NCBI GenBank assembly: GCA_965202805.1
Contig: OZ241869.1
Coordinates: 320,001-384,000 of the forward strand
Length of the DNA stretch: 64,000 bases
Source: Longimicrobiales bacterium
GTDB taxonomy: Bacteria > Gemmatimonadota > Gemmatimonadetes > Longimicrobiales > Gaopeijiaceae
Direction of reading: 5' to 3'
The translations under genes were made by a program, and so were the position numbers. Positions 11,689 to 21,225 of this stretch are shown one piece after another. The notes beneath the pieces were generated by a model. It was not told the origin of the DNA, made no database searches, and saw only the letters and a program-made list of their open reading frames with translations. Positions within the stretch are counted from its first letter, which is position 1. Every line of letters starts with the position of its first letter.

Positions 11689-12363
11689 ATGGAGGTTCGC
11701 ATCGCCCCGTCCATTCTCGCGTCCGACTTCGGGCGGCTGGCCGATCAGGTGGCGGAGGCGGAGGAGGCCGGAGTCGACTGGATCCACGTCGATGTGATGG
11801 ACGGCCATTTCGTCCCCAACATCACCATCGGCCCGGCGATCACGGAGGCGGTGCGGCGGGCGACGCGGCTGCCGGTGGACGTGCACCTGATGATCGAGGC
11901 GCCCGACCGCTACATCCAGGCCTTCGCCGACGCCGGGGCGGACTATCTCACGGTGCACCAGGAGACCTGTCCGCATCTGCACCGGACGATCCAGCGCATC
12001 CGGGCCGCGGGGGTGCGTCCCGGGGTCGCCGTCAATCCCGCCACCCCGGTGGAGTCGGTCGCGGCCATCCTTCCCGACATCGACCTGCTGCTGGTGATGT
12101 CCGTGAACCCCGGGTTCGGGGGACAGGCCTTCATCCCGTCGGCGCTCGGCAGGCTGGCCCGGGCGCGCGAGCTGCTGGACGCCTCCGGGGGCGAGGACAC
12201 GGCGCTCGAAGTGGACGGCGGAATCGACGCGACCACGGCCCCGGGGGTCGCCGGCGCCGGGGCGGACGTGCTGGTCGCCGGCTCGGCCATCTACGGGCAT
12301 CCCCGGGGGGTGGCCGCCGGGGTCTCCGCGATCCGCGACGCGGTGGAAACCGGGGGCGGCTGA
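11689..12363 (+). CDS. rpe: Ribulose-phosphate 3-epimerase
   Basis: IAPSIL, HVDVMDGHFVPN, MSVNPGFGGQ, EVDGGI. Confidence 0.96.
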   Translation: MEVRIAPSILASDFGRLADQVAEAEEAGVDWIHVDVMDGHFVPNITIGPAITEAVRRATRLPVDVHLMIEAPDRYIQAFADAGADYLTVHQETCPHLHRTIQRIRAAGVRPGVAVNPATPVESVAAILPDIDLLLVMSVNPGFGGQAFIPSALGRLARARELLDASGGEDTALEVDGGIDATTAPGVAGAGADVLVAGSAIYGHPRGVAAGVSAIRDAVETGGG

Positions 12364-12379
12364 TGCCGTAGCCACAGTC

Positions 12380-13759
12380 ATGGCCATCTTCCGGCGTACG
12401 CACAGTTTTCCGTATCCGCCCGCGGAGGTGTTCGCGTGGCACATGCGCCCGGGTGCCCTGGAGCGGCTGCTTCCTCCGTGGGAGAACGTGCGCGTGGCGG
12501 CGCGCGAGGGCGGTATCGCCGATGGCGGAACGGTTACGGTGCGGGCGGGACCCGGGCCGCTGAAGGTCGCATGGACGGTCCGCCATACGGCCTGCGAGGA
12601 GGGCGTTCTCTTCCGGGACGAGCAGGTGCGCGGCCCCTTCGAGCACTGGGTGCACACGCATCGCTTCTCATCGGACGGAGAGGGCGGTTGCCTGCTGGAG
12701 GACGAGATCGACTGGGGCCCGCCGCTGGGCGTGGACGCGGCGCCCTTCGTGCGCAGGATCGAGCACATCCTCGATCGCGGCTTTGCCTTCCGGCACCAAC
12801 GGCTGGCCAACGACTTCGCCCTGCACCAGCGCTATCGGCAGCAGCGGCCGCTCACGGTGGCCATCAGCGGAAGCTCGGGCTTTCTGGGGCGCAACCTGCG
12901 GCACTTCCTCACCACCGGCGGGCATCGCGTGCTGCGCCTTGTGCGCTCCCGGAAGAAGGCGGGCGAAGGCGCCGTCTACTGGAATCCCGCGCAAGGGCAG
13001 GTGGATCACGACGGACTCCGGGGCGTGGACGCGATCGTGCACCTGGCGGGCGAGCCCCTGGTCGGCGTGCGCTGGACCGCGGCGAAGAAGCAGGAGATCC
13101 TTCGGTCGCGCACGAGCGGAACCGACTGGATCGCCCATACCGCGGCCCGTCTTTCGCCGCCTCCGCGAGTGCTCGTGTGCGCATCCGCGGTAGGATACTA
13201 CGGCAATCGCGGCGACGAGAAGCTGACCGAGGAAAGCCGGCCGGGCCGGGGCTTTCTGGCCGAAGTGTGCAAGGAGTGGGAGCTGGCCGCGGCGCCCGCG
13301 CGCCGGGCGGGAATCCGGGTCGTGCATCTGCGTCAGGGGGTGGCGCTGTCGCCGGACGGCGGCGCGCTCCAGCTGATGCTGCCCGCCTTTCGGGCCGGGG
13401 CGGGAGGACGGTTGGGCAGCGGGCGGCAGTACCTACCGTGGATCGGCCTGGACGACACGCTGGGGCTCATCCTGCACGCGATCGCCACCCCGCAGGTCAG
13501 CGGACCGATCAACGTCACGGCTCCATTGCCCGTCACCAACGCCACCTTCGCCAGCGCGCTGGGCCGGGTGTTGCGGCGGCCGACGCTCCTGCCGGTGCCG
13601 TCGCTGGCGGTGTACGCGCTGATGGGCGAGATGGGGCGGACCGTGCTCCTGAGCGGGCAGCGCGCCCTGCCGGCGGAGGCAGAGCGCACGGGATACGAGT
13701 TCCTGCACCCGTCCATCGAGGAGGCGCTGCGGTTCGGTCTGGGGCTGACGCGGAGGTAG
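12380..13759 (+). CDS. TIGR01777 family NAD-dependent epimerase/oxidoreductase with N-terminal SRPBCC domain
   Basis: N-terminal FAWHMRPGALERLLPPW...GPFEHWVHTHRF; ISGSSGFLG, HLAGEP, ASAVGYYG. Confidence 0.88.
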   Translation: MAIFRRTHSFPYPPAEVFAWHMRPGALERLLPPWENVRVAAREGGIADGGTVTVRAGPGPLKVAWTVRHTACEEGVLFRDEQVRGPFEHWVHTHRFSSDGEGGCLLEDEIDWGPPLGVDAAPFVRRIEHILDRGFAFRHQRLANDFALHQRYRQQRPLTVAISGSSGFLGRNLRHFLTTGGHRVLRLVRSRKKAGEGAVYWNPAQGQVDHDGLRGVDAIVHLAGEPLVGVRWTAAKKQEILRSRTSGTDWIAHTAARLSPPPRVLVCASAVGYYGNRGDEKLTEESRPGRGFLAEVCKEWELAAAPARRAGIRVVHLRQGVALSPDGGALQLMLPAFRAGAGGRLGSGRQYLPWIGLDDTLGLILHAIATPQVSGPINVTAPLPVTNATFASALGRVLRRPTLLPVPSLAVYALMGEMGRTVLLSGQRALPAEAERTGYEFLHPSIEEALRFGLGLTRR

Positions 13760-13863
13760 ATCGCGCTGGTCGGGGCGCAATGCGCCAGGCGGCGTCAGTT
13801 CTGGCGGTCGCGGCGATTCGTTGGTTATCGTCCTTCTGCGGATTCCTCGAGCTGGAGCGTGCC

Positions 13864-15918
13864 ATGCAGCGGCTGACCGTCCTCGCGTCTCTGACCCTCC
13901 TGTCGATCTCCGTGGTCGCGCCCGGCCGCGCGCATGCACAGGCCGCTGCCGGGAGCGTCGTCCGGCTCGAGGCGGTACCCCCGTCCGTCGTCGTGATGAC
14001 GGGCGAGGAAGTCCCGTTCGAAGTGCGCGCGCTCGACGCCCGGGGGCGCGTGGTGGCGGACGCCCAGGTGCGGACGGCGGCTCCGCGGGCGGCGGCGACC
14101 GTGCGGGGAGGCACGGTCCGCGGGCGGACTGCGGGCGAGTACGAGATCGTGGTGACGCTGCTGGCCCCGCCCGGATACGAGGGAACGCCGCCCGGCCTGC
14201 GCGTGCCGCTCACGGTGCTGGCCCCCGAGGTCGCGACGGTGGAGGTCACGGCCGAAACCGGTCGCCTCTACCAGGGAACCACCCTCCGCCACACCGCCAC
14301 CGCGCACCACGCGGACGGATCGGTGCGGCCGGGCCCGGTGGTGTCGTGGTCGAGCTCCGATCCGTCCGTTGCCACCGTCGACCGCTTCGGCTACGTGACC
14401 GCCACCGGCACGGGTGCGGTCACCATCCGGGCCGACGTTGAGGGGGTGGTCGGGGCGGCCGCCTACGACGTGGCCGCGTTCCCGGCGGCCTCGCTGGAGA
14501 TCACCGGGCTGGCCGACGAGGTGCGCACCGGTGACGTGCAGCACCTCAGCGCGGTGGCGCGCGACGCGTCCGGCGAGGTGGTCGCCGACGTTCCGGTGAC
14601 CTGGACCCACACGGCCGTCCCCGACGCGGACATGATCGCGCCCAGCGCGCCCGGGCAGATCGCGCGCGGGCGCTTCGTCGCGGACGTGCCCGGCGTGTAC
14701 ACGATCGTCGCCAACGCAGGCCCGCTGGCGGCGCGCGCGACCCTCCAGGCCCTTCCCCGCGACGTCGTGCGCGAGATGACCATGGTGGGGAAGGGGAGCA
14801 CGGCCACGGTGCGCACGACCGACTTCTGGGTGTTCGAGGGGCTGGACGGCCGCGACTACGCCCTCACGGGCGCCAAGATGTCGGACGGGTACGCCTACGC
14901 CTGGGACATCACCAACCCGGCCGCCATCTTCAAGACCGACTCGCTGCAGGTGGACGCACGCGCGGTGAACGACGTGAAGGTCTCTCCGGACGCCCGCTAC
15001 GCCACCCTCACCCGCGAGGGCGCCTCCAACCGCCGCAACGGGGTCGTCATCCTCGACCTGGCGGACCCGGCCCATCCGGTGATCGCCTCCGAGGTGGTCG
15101 AAGGGCTCACCGGCGGCGTCCACAACGCCTTCCCGGACGAGGACTACGCCTATGTGCTCTCCGCCGGCGACAAGTACGTCATCATCGACATGGCCGACAT
15201 CTACAACCCGCGCGTTGTGGGCGAGTACAATCATCCCGACAGCCGCCTGCACGACGTCTGGGTCCACGACGGCATCGCCTACTCGGCCGAGTGGGAGAAG
15301 GGCATGGTGGCGGTGGACGTCGGCAACGGCCGCTGGGGCGGCACTCCGGAGAATCCGGTACTGATCGCCGAGCTCGCGGTGCCGACCGGCACCACGCACG
15401 CCATCTTCCCCTACCGGTCGCAGTCCACGGACCGGTTCTACGTCTTCCTGGGCGACGAGAACATGCAGAGGAGGGGGCTGGCCAACGAGGGACCGCGCGC
15501 GGGCGGCACGTACCAGCTTCCGTACGACCCGGAGACCGGGATGAACGGGGTGCCGCTGGCGACCCAGGGCTACATCCAGGTGGTCGATTTCACCGATCCC
15601 GACAACCCCGAGATGGTCGCCCGCTACGAGGTCACCGAGTACGGCACCCACAACATCTGGGTCGAGGACGACATCCTCTATCAGGCGTATTATGAGGGCG
15701 GGCTGCGCATCGTCGATGTTTCCGGCGAGCTGATGGGCAACCTGTACACGCAGGGCCGCGAGATCTCCGTCCACAAGTCCACCGACGTGAACGGATGGGT
15801 GCCCAACTCGACCATGGTGTGGAGCGCGATGCCCTTCAAGGGACACGTCTTCTTCTCCGACACCAACTCCGGGCTCTGGTCGGTGAAGGTGGAGCCGCCC
15901 CAGCGGCCGGTGTCGTAG
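13864..15918 (+). CDS. Secreted protein with Ig-like (Big_2-type) domains and LVIVD-repeat beta-propeller
   Basis: Signal MQRLTVLASLTLLSISVVAPGRAHA; WSSSDPSVATVD Ig motif; VVILDLADPAHP, YVIIDMADIYNP, IQVVDFTDPDNP, LRIVDVS repeats. Confidence 0.8.
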   Translation: MQRLTVLASLTLLSISVVAPGRAHAQAAAGSVVRLEAVPPSVVVMTGEEVPFEVRALDARGRVVADAQVRTAAPRAAATVRGGTVRGRTAGEYEIVVTLLAPPGYEGTPPGLRVPLTVLAPEVATVEVTAETGRLYQGTTLRHTATAHHADGSVRPGPVVSWSSSDPSVATVDRFGYVTATGTGAVTIRADVEGVVGAAAYDVAAFPAASLEITGLADEVRTGDVQHLSAVARDASGEVVADVPVTWTHTAVPDADMIAPSAPGQIARGRFVADVPGVYTIVANAGPLAARATLQALPRDVVREMTMVGKGSTATVRTTDFWVFEGLDGRDYALTGAKMSDGYAYAWDITNPAAIFKTDSLQVDARAVNDVKVSPDARYATLTREGASNRRNGVVILDLADPAHPVIASEVVEGLTGGVHNAFPDEDYAYVLSAGDKYVIIDMADIYNPRVVGEYNHPDSRLHDVWVHDGIAYSAEWEKGMVAVDVGNGRWGGTPENPVLIAELAVPTGTTHAIFPYRSQSTDRFYVFLGDENMQRRGLANEGPRAGGTYQLPYDPETGMNGVPLATQGYIQVVDFTDPDNPEMVARYEVTEYGTHNIWVEDDILYQAYYEGGLRIVDVSGELMGNLYTQGREISVHKSTDVNGWVPNSTMVWSAMPFKGHVFFSDTNSGLWSVKVEPPQRPVS

Positions 15919-15926
15919 GAGACGAC

Positions 15927-17489
15927 ATCCTCGACGCCGTCATCATCGGCGGGGGGCCCGCCGGTTCGGCGGCAGCCCGCCTGCTCGCGCTCCGGGGGCA
16001 CTCCGCCGTTCTTCTGACGCGTCCCCCGACCGGCCATCCCGCGCTCGCCGAGTCCGTCCCGCCCAGCACGCGCAAGCTCTTCACCCTGCTGGGGGTGGCG
16101 CCCGGGATCGACGACGCGGGCTTCTTCCCGGCGCGGGGCAATCTGGTCCGGTGGGGCGACGGCCCGCTCCGGCGCGCCGACTTCCCGCCCGGGGCCGCCG
16201 GTCATCACGTGGTCCGCGACGTCTTCGACGCGCTGCTTCTGGATTTCGCCGAAGAGGCCGGAGCCGACGTGCGGCGCAATGCCACTGTGCGGCGCGTAAT
16301 CCTCGAGGGAGCGGATTCTGATCGGGAGGGGGAGCAGCTTCAGCGCGTCGAATACGAGAACGACCGCGGAATCGCGAGCGCCCTTCACGCCCGCCTGGTG
16401 CTCGACTGCTCCGGCCGCTCGGGCGTGATCGCCAACCCTGATCTGCGCGTCCACGACCAGACCAACGCCACCGTCGCACTGGCGGGGGTGTGGCGAGCGA
16501 ACGCCGGCGAATCCCCCGCCGAGCCGTACACCCTGGTGGAGAGCTACCGCGACGGCTGGGCCTGGTCGATGCCGGTATCGGACACCCGCCGCTACCTGAC
16601 CATGATGATCGACCCCCGCAGGACCGGGCTGCTGAAGGGGCGGGGCCGGCGCAGTCTCTACCTGGCCGAAGTGGAGAAGACCCGGGAGGCGCGCCGCCTG
16701 GTGGCTGCCGCCCGCCTGGTGAGTGACATCAGCGGCCACACCGCCTCGCAGTATGCCGCCACCCGGTTCGCCGGCGACGGATTTCTGCTGGTCGGAGACG
16801 CGGCCAGCTTCGTCGATCCACTTGCCTCCGTGGGGGTCAAGAAGGCGCTCGCCTCCGCCTGGCTTGCGTCGGTGGTGGTCCACACCTGCATCTCAACGCC
16901 CGACATGCGGGATGTGGCGCTCGAGTTCTTCGAGAGCCGCGAGCGGGCAACCTGGCTCGCCCATCGGCGCCATACCGCGCAGTTCTACCAGGAGGCGGCC
17001 AGCGCCCACGGCCACGGCTTCTGGAGCGCCCGCGCGATGGCCGCGGATGACACTTCCGGGGCTGCCGCAACACCCGCCCTGGACCCTGCCGCCGAAGTGC
17101 ACATCCCGGTCCCGACCGAGCCCGACATCGCCGCCCTCCGTCAGGATCCGGATGTCCTGCGGGCCTTCAGCGATCTTCGAGCGGCCCCCTCGATCCGGCT
17201 CCGTCCCGCGCCCGGCCTGCGCCGCCTGCAGCTGCCCGCGGTGCGCGGCCGCCGAATCGTCCTGGACGAACACCTCGCCTCGCCCGCGCTTCCCGAGGGC
17301 GTGCGCTTCCTGCGCGATGTCGATCTCCCTCCCCTCCTCGAAATGGCAGGGGAGCACCACCAGGTCCCCGATCTCTACGAGGCCTATCTGGATCGCGTTG
17401 CCGCCGTGTCGCTGCCCGACTTCCTGGGTGCACTCTCCGTCCTCCTCGGCAAGGGGATGCTGAAGAACGATGATGATTCCAGCGCGTAA
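15927..17489 (+). CDS. qhpG: FAD-dependent monooxygenase (halogenase-like fold), QhpG-type Trp hydroxylase for CTQ biogenesis
   Basis: DAVIIGGGPAG Rossmann motif, LDCSGR, GWAWSMP, LVGDAASFVDPLASVGVKKAL; adjacent to qhpADCBFE; start placed at ATC after AGGAG (alternative ATG at 15795). Confidence 0.78.
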   Translation: MLDAVIIGGGPAGSAAARLLALRGHSAVLLTRPPTGHPALAESVPPSTRKLFTLLGVAPGIDDAGFFPARGNLVRWGDGPLRRADFPPGAAGHHVVRDVFDALLLDFAEEAGADVRRNATVRRVILEGADSDREGEQLQRVEYENDRGIASALHARLVLDCSGRSGVIANPDLRVHDQTNATVALAGVWRANAGESPAEPYTLVESYRDGWAWSMPVSDTRRYLTMMIDPRRTGLLKGRGRRSLYLAEVEKTREARRLVAAARLVSDISGHTASQYAATRFAGDGFLLVGDAASFVDPLASVGVKKALASAWLASVVVHTCISTPDMRDVALEFFESRERATWLAHRRHTAQFYQEAASAHGHGFWSARAMAADDTSGAAATPALDPAAEVHIPVPTEPDIAALRQDPDVLRAFSDLRAAPSIRLRPAPGLRRLQLPAVRGRRIVLDEHLASPALPEGVRFLRDVDLPPLLEMAGEHHQVPDLYEAYLDRVAAVSLPDFLGALSVLLGKGMLKNDDDSSA

Positions 17490-18378
17490 CGGCCTGGCGA
17501 CCGCTGCGGGAGCGCTGGGGGCTCTGCTGCTCCTCGCCTGCGTGCGTCAGGTGAATGCCCAACAGCGGGAGCCGGGTACGGTGTTCCGGGACTGCGAAGC
17601 CTGTCCCGAGATGGTCGTGGTGCCGCCGGGGAGCTTCATGATGGGATCGCCCCGGACGCCGCGGGGCATGTACCTCGACGAGGGCCCACGCCACGAGGCG
17701 ACGATCGGGTATCCTCTTGCCGTCGGTGTCTTCGAGGTGACCTTCGCCGAATGGGATGCCTGCGTGCGCGGGGGCGGCTGCTTGGGCTACCGGCCCGACG
17801 ACCAGGGCCTGGGCCGCGGAAGGCGACCCGTCATCAACGTCTCCTGGGAGGACGCGACAAGCTATGTCGCGTGGCTGTCGGAGCAGACCGGCGAGGACTA
17901 CCGGTTGCCGAGCGAGGCGGAATGGGAGTTCGCGGCGCGTGCCGGGACGGAGACGGCGTGGTACTGGGGAGAGGATCCGACGGAACAGTGCCGTTACGCC
18001 AACGGATTTGACCGCGACCTTGCCGAAGAACTCAGGGCGGAGGAGGTCAGGATCGGGGTTGTGCCCGCGTCCTGTGCCGACGGATACGACGGGGTGGCCC
18101 CCGTGGGTTCGTTCGAGCCGAACGGGTTCGGACTCCATGACGTGGCGGGCAACGTGTGGGAGTGGACGAACGACTGCTGGAACGAGAGCTATGCGGGGGC
18201 CCCGGCCGACGGAAGTGCCTGGACGAACGGCTACTGTGTCCCTCGGGTGGTGCGCGGCGGCTCCTGGAACTCCCCTGCCGGGCTCCTGCGATCGGCCTTC
18301 CGCGACGGAATACCGCGTCGGGATCGAGGGTTCAACGTCGGCTTCCGTGTCGCGCGGACCATGGGCTCAGCTCCCTGA
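17470..18378 (+). CDS. Exported FGE-sulfatase (SUMF1)-fold protein, non-catalytic type
   Basis: FRDCEACPEMVVVPPGSFMMG, YRLPSEAEWEFAARAG, GLHDVAGNVWEW, RGGSW...GFRVAR; lacks the FGE catalytic Cys pair. Confidence 0.85.
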   Translation: MMIPARNGLATAAGALGALLLLACVRQVNAQQREPGTVFRDCEACPEMVVVPPGSFMMGSPRTPRGMYLDEGPRHEATIGYPLAVGVFEVTFAEWDACVRGGGCLGYRPDDQGLGRGRRPVINVSWEDATSYVAWLSEQTGEDYRLPSEAEWEFAARAGTETAWYWGEDPTEQCRYANGFDRDLAEELRAEEVRIGVVPASCADGYDGVAPVGSFEPNGFGLHDVAGNVWEWTNDCWNESYAGAPADGSAWTNGYCVPRVVRGGSWNSPAGLLRSAFRDGIPRRDRGFNVGFRVARTMGSAP

Positions 18379-18424
18379 AGTCCACGGGTCGCGCCCGCGG
18401 CAGCGGCCCCGCCCCCGCCGGCCG

Positions 18425-19066
18425 TCAAGCCGGATCGGCCGGTTCCCCCGTGTAGAACGCGATGGTGCGCCGTGCCGCGGCCTGGGCTGCAGCGGGATTC
18501 GCCTCGGCTTCGATTGCCGCCCGCGCCCACCCTTCGCCGCTGCCCCGGATGAACGCCCTGCCGTCCCGCGACGCCGCAAAGGCCAACTCATCCGGCTTCG
18601 GCGCGTCGGGTTGCTCGAGGTGGAACGCGAGTCCCAGAAGGCCCAACTCCCAGCCGACGCCGGTCGCCCCCGGCCCGTACCGGCTCCAGTGTTCCGACAA
18701 CCGCTGTGTGTGCGTCAACCTGAGCCGCGCGCGGCCCGCTCCACCCTGCGAGAAGCCTGCCTCCACCCAGCTCACGTCCCCGCCGAACTCCCATGTGAGC
18801 GCGAAGTGCCACGGCCGTCCGCAGGCCGTGATCACGCCACCCGCGTTGCCTTCCAGCTGATATCGGCCGCCGGGCTTGAGGTCGCCGCTGACCGGCAGGA
18901 ACCATCGTGGGAGCCGCTCGCTGCCGGTTACGGCGTCCCACAGATCCTCCAGGGATGTCGCGTAGGTGCGAGACAGGAGGACCGCGCGAGCGGGCTGCCC
19001 ATCACGCTCCAGCACCGACACCGAGCGCTCCGTGGCGCCCAGGTGTTCCGCGACGTCGAAGTTCAT
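18425..19066 (-). CDS. SRPBCC/AHSA1-like domain protein
   Basis: SRTYATSLEDLWDAVT..ERLPRWFLPVSGDLKPGGRYQLEGNAGG; GPGATGVGWE. Confidence 0.85.
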   Translation of the reverse strand: MNFDVAEHLGATERSVSVLERDGQPARAVLLSRTYATSLEDLWDAVTGSERLPRWFLPVSGDLKPGGRYQLEGNAGGVITACGRPWHFALTWEFGGDVSWVEAGFSQGGAGRARLRLTHTQRLSEHWSRYGPGATGVGWELGLLGLAFHLEQPDAPKPDELAFAASRDGRAFIRGSGEGWARAAIEAEANPAAAQAAARRTIAFYTGEPADPA

Positions 19067-19087
19067 GGCTTCTTCCTCCTGCTCCGG

Positions 19088-19333
19088 TCAGCCATCGTTT
19101 GCGGCCCGGTGAAGTCTGGTTTCGCGCACCGCGATGGCCAGCGCTTCTTCATCCCCCAAACCGGCACTGGAACGCGCCCGGGCGACGATTTCGCGCGCGG
19201 AGTTGGAGGGGAGTATACCCCCGAATTCGAGGCTTTCTTCGATGATCGTGCTCATGGAGCGTCCCTGCCGAGCCGCGGCGTCCTTCAAGGCTTGATGCGC
19301 CCGGTCCGTCAGGTTGATCGTGAGGCGTGGCAT
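19088..19333 (-). CDS. Ribbon-helix-helix (CopG-like) DNA-binding protein
   Basis: MPRLTINL beta strand followed by HQALKDAAARQGRSMSTIIEESL helices. Confidence 0.75.
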   Translation of the reverse strand: MPRLTINLTDRAHQALKDAAARQGRSMSTIIEESLEFGGILPSNSAREIVARARSSAGLGDEEALAIAVRETRLHRAANDG

Positions 19334-19434
19334 GGCAGGTGTCTCCGAGTTTGTCTCCCGTCGGCCCGGACGATATCATCCCGTATGCCGCATACACCGG
19401 TAAACAAGAGTTTCTCCAACCCACGGGTCCCCGC

Positions 19435-21225
19435 ATGGTTCACCGCCCTCGCCTGACCCGCGCAGGCCTGTTCGCGGGGATGTTCCTCGCCGCGGGCGCA
19501 TTCGTCGCCTCCGGGGCCGCTGCCCAAAGCGACGAAGGCTTCCCCATCGAGCACGAGACCATCCGTGCCCGGTGCGCGGCGTGCCACCTCCCGGATTCAG
19601 AGGGCCGCATGTCGCGCATCTCCTGGGAGCGCAAGACGCCCGAGGGATGGCAGACTTCCCTCCAGCGCATGATCGCGCTCAACGGCGTCACGCTGGCGCC
19701 CGAGGAAGCGCGCGAGATCGTCAAGTACCTCTCGGACACTCAGGGGCTGGCGCCCGAGGAGCTGCGTCCGGGCCTCTTCGAGGTCGAGAAGCGGATGATC
19801 GACCACCGCTACCTGGCGGACACCGAAGTGGAGTTCACCTGCATACAATGCCATTCGATGGGGCGGGTGATCACCCAGCGGCGCACGCGCGAGGAGTGGG
19901 ATCTGCTCATGGCGACCCACCGCGGCTACTATCCGCTGACGGACTTCCAGGCGTTCCTGCGGATGGGGCCCGCGCCCGCCGAGGCCGGTCCGGATGGCGA
20001 GCCGCCCGACACGCGCCAGCCCATGGAGCGCGCCGTCGACCACCTCTCCGAGGCCTTCCCCCTTCACACCGCCGAGTGGGCGGCATGGTCGGCCACCATG
20101 CGCTCGCCCCGCCTGGAGGGCACCTGGGTTCTCTCCGGCCACCAGCCCGGCCGTGGCGCGGCTTTCGGCACGGTAACCATGGGGTCGGCCGGGACGGATG
20201 AGTTCGTCACCCGGGCCAGCTACGCCTTCCCGGCGACCGGAGAGAGCGTCACCCGCCGGGGCCGCGGGCTGGTGTATACCGGCTACCAGTGGCGTGGGCG
20301 CTCCTTCGAGTCCGACGAGGCCGACGGCGCGGTGCGCGAGGTGATGCTCGTCGAGCGTGGAGTGAACGAGATCACCGGGCGCTGGTTCCGGGGCGACTAC
20401 GACGAGATCGGGATGGATGTGCGCCTGACCCGCGCGGCCGGCTCCGCGGTGGTCGCGGGGGTGCATCCCCGGGCCATTCAGCTCGGCGGCGGCGAGCGCG
20501 AGGTGCGCGTCTTCGGAGCGGGCTTCAACGGTAGTTTCGGGCCCGGGGATATCGACCTCGGCCCCGGGCTTACGGTCAACCGGGTGGTCAGCGCCTCCTC
20601 GGAAGAGATCGCCCTCAACGTGACCGTGGCCCCCGACGCGGTCCCCGGCGGCCGCGACGTCTTCGTGCGCGATGCGAGCCTGGCACAGGCGGTGGTGGTC
20701 CACGACGGCATCGACCGCATCCAGGTGCTGCCGCGCACCGGCATGGCCCGCGTGGGCGGAATCGTCTTCCCGAAGGGGTACCAGCAGTTCGAGGCGGTCG
20801 CCTTCGACGACGGGCCCGACGGGCGGCCGAGTACCGACGACGACCTGGAGCTCGGGCCGGTCGCGGTCGACTGGAGCCTCGAGGAATACGCGGCCACCTT
20901 CGACGACAACGACATCCAGTTCGTCGGACACATCGACCGGACCGGGCTGTTCGTGCCGGCGGTCGACGGCCCCAACCCCGACCGGGACCGCAACCGGAAC
21001 AACGTCGGCGACGTATGGGTGGTGGCGACGCTGGCGCAGGACGACAACGGTGACCGTCCGCTGCGAGCCCGCGCCCACCTGGTCGTGACCGTCCCGCTCT
21101 ACCTCCGTTTCGACGCGGGGGCAAGTGTAAGCACGGGAGCCAGCCCGGAACCGGCGGCAAGCCCGAGCGGGCGTGGAAACCGAACCCCGGGACCGGGTCC
21201 CGGAATGGGAGGCAGCCCGAAATGA
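19435..21225 (+). CDS. qhpA: Quinohemoprotein amine dehydrogenase alpha subunit (diheme c)
   Basis: Signal peptide; heme motifs CAACH and CIQCH; SRISWERKTPEGW; YTGYQWRG; C-terminal LVVTVP. Confidence 0.93.
   Translation: MVHRPRLTRAGLFAGMFLAAGAFVASGAAAQSDEGFPIEHETIRARCAACHLPDSEGRMSRISWERKTPEGWQTSLQRMIALNGVTLAPEEAREIVKYLSDTQGLAPEELRPGLFEVEKRMIDHRYLADTEVEFTCIQCHSMGRVITQRRTREEWDLLMATHRGYYPLTDFQAFLRMGPAPAEAGPDGEPPDTRQPMERAVDHLSEAFPLHTAEWAAWSATMRSPRLEGTWVLSGHQPGRGAAFGTVTMGSAGTDEFVTRASYAFPATGESVTRRGRGLVYTGYQWRGRSFESDEADGAVREVMLVERGVNEITGRWFRGDYDEIGMDVRLTRAAGSAVVAGVHPRAIQLGGGEREVRVFGAGFNGSFGPGDIDLGPGLTVNRVVSASSEEIALNVTVAPDAVPGGRDVFVRDASLAQAVVVHDGIDRIQVLPRTGMARVGGIVFPKGYQQFEAVAFDDGPDGRPSTDDDLELGPVAVDWSLEEYAATFDDNDIQFVGHIDRTGLFVPAVDGPNPDRDRNRNNVGDVWVVATLAQDDNGDRPLRARAHLVVTVPLYLRFDAGASVSTGASPEPAASPSGRGNRTPGPGPGMGGSPK

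Noticed and set aside
15927..17489. Tryptophan halogenase of a natural-product cluster
   Set aside because: The fold is similar, but the qhpADCBFE context makes QhpG the better call.
17470..18378. FGE-fold protein as a diversity-generating retroelement target or true formylglycine-generating enzyme
   Set aside because: No reverse transcriptase or template repeat in the window; the catalytic Cys pair of FGE is absent.
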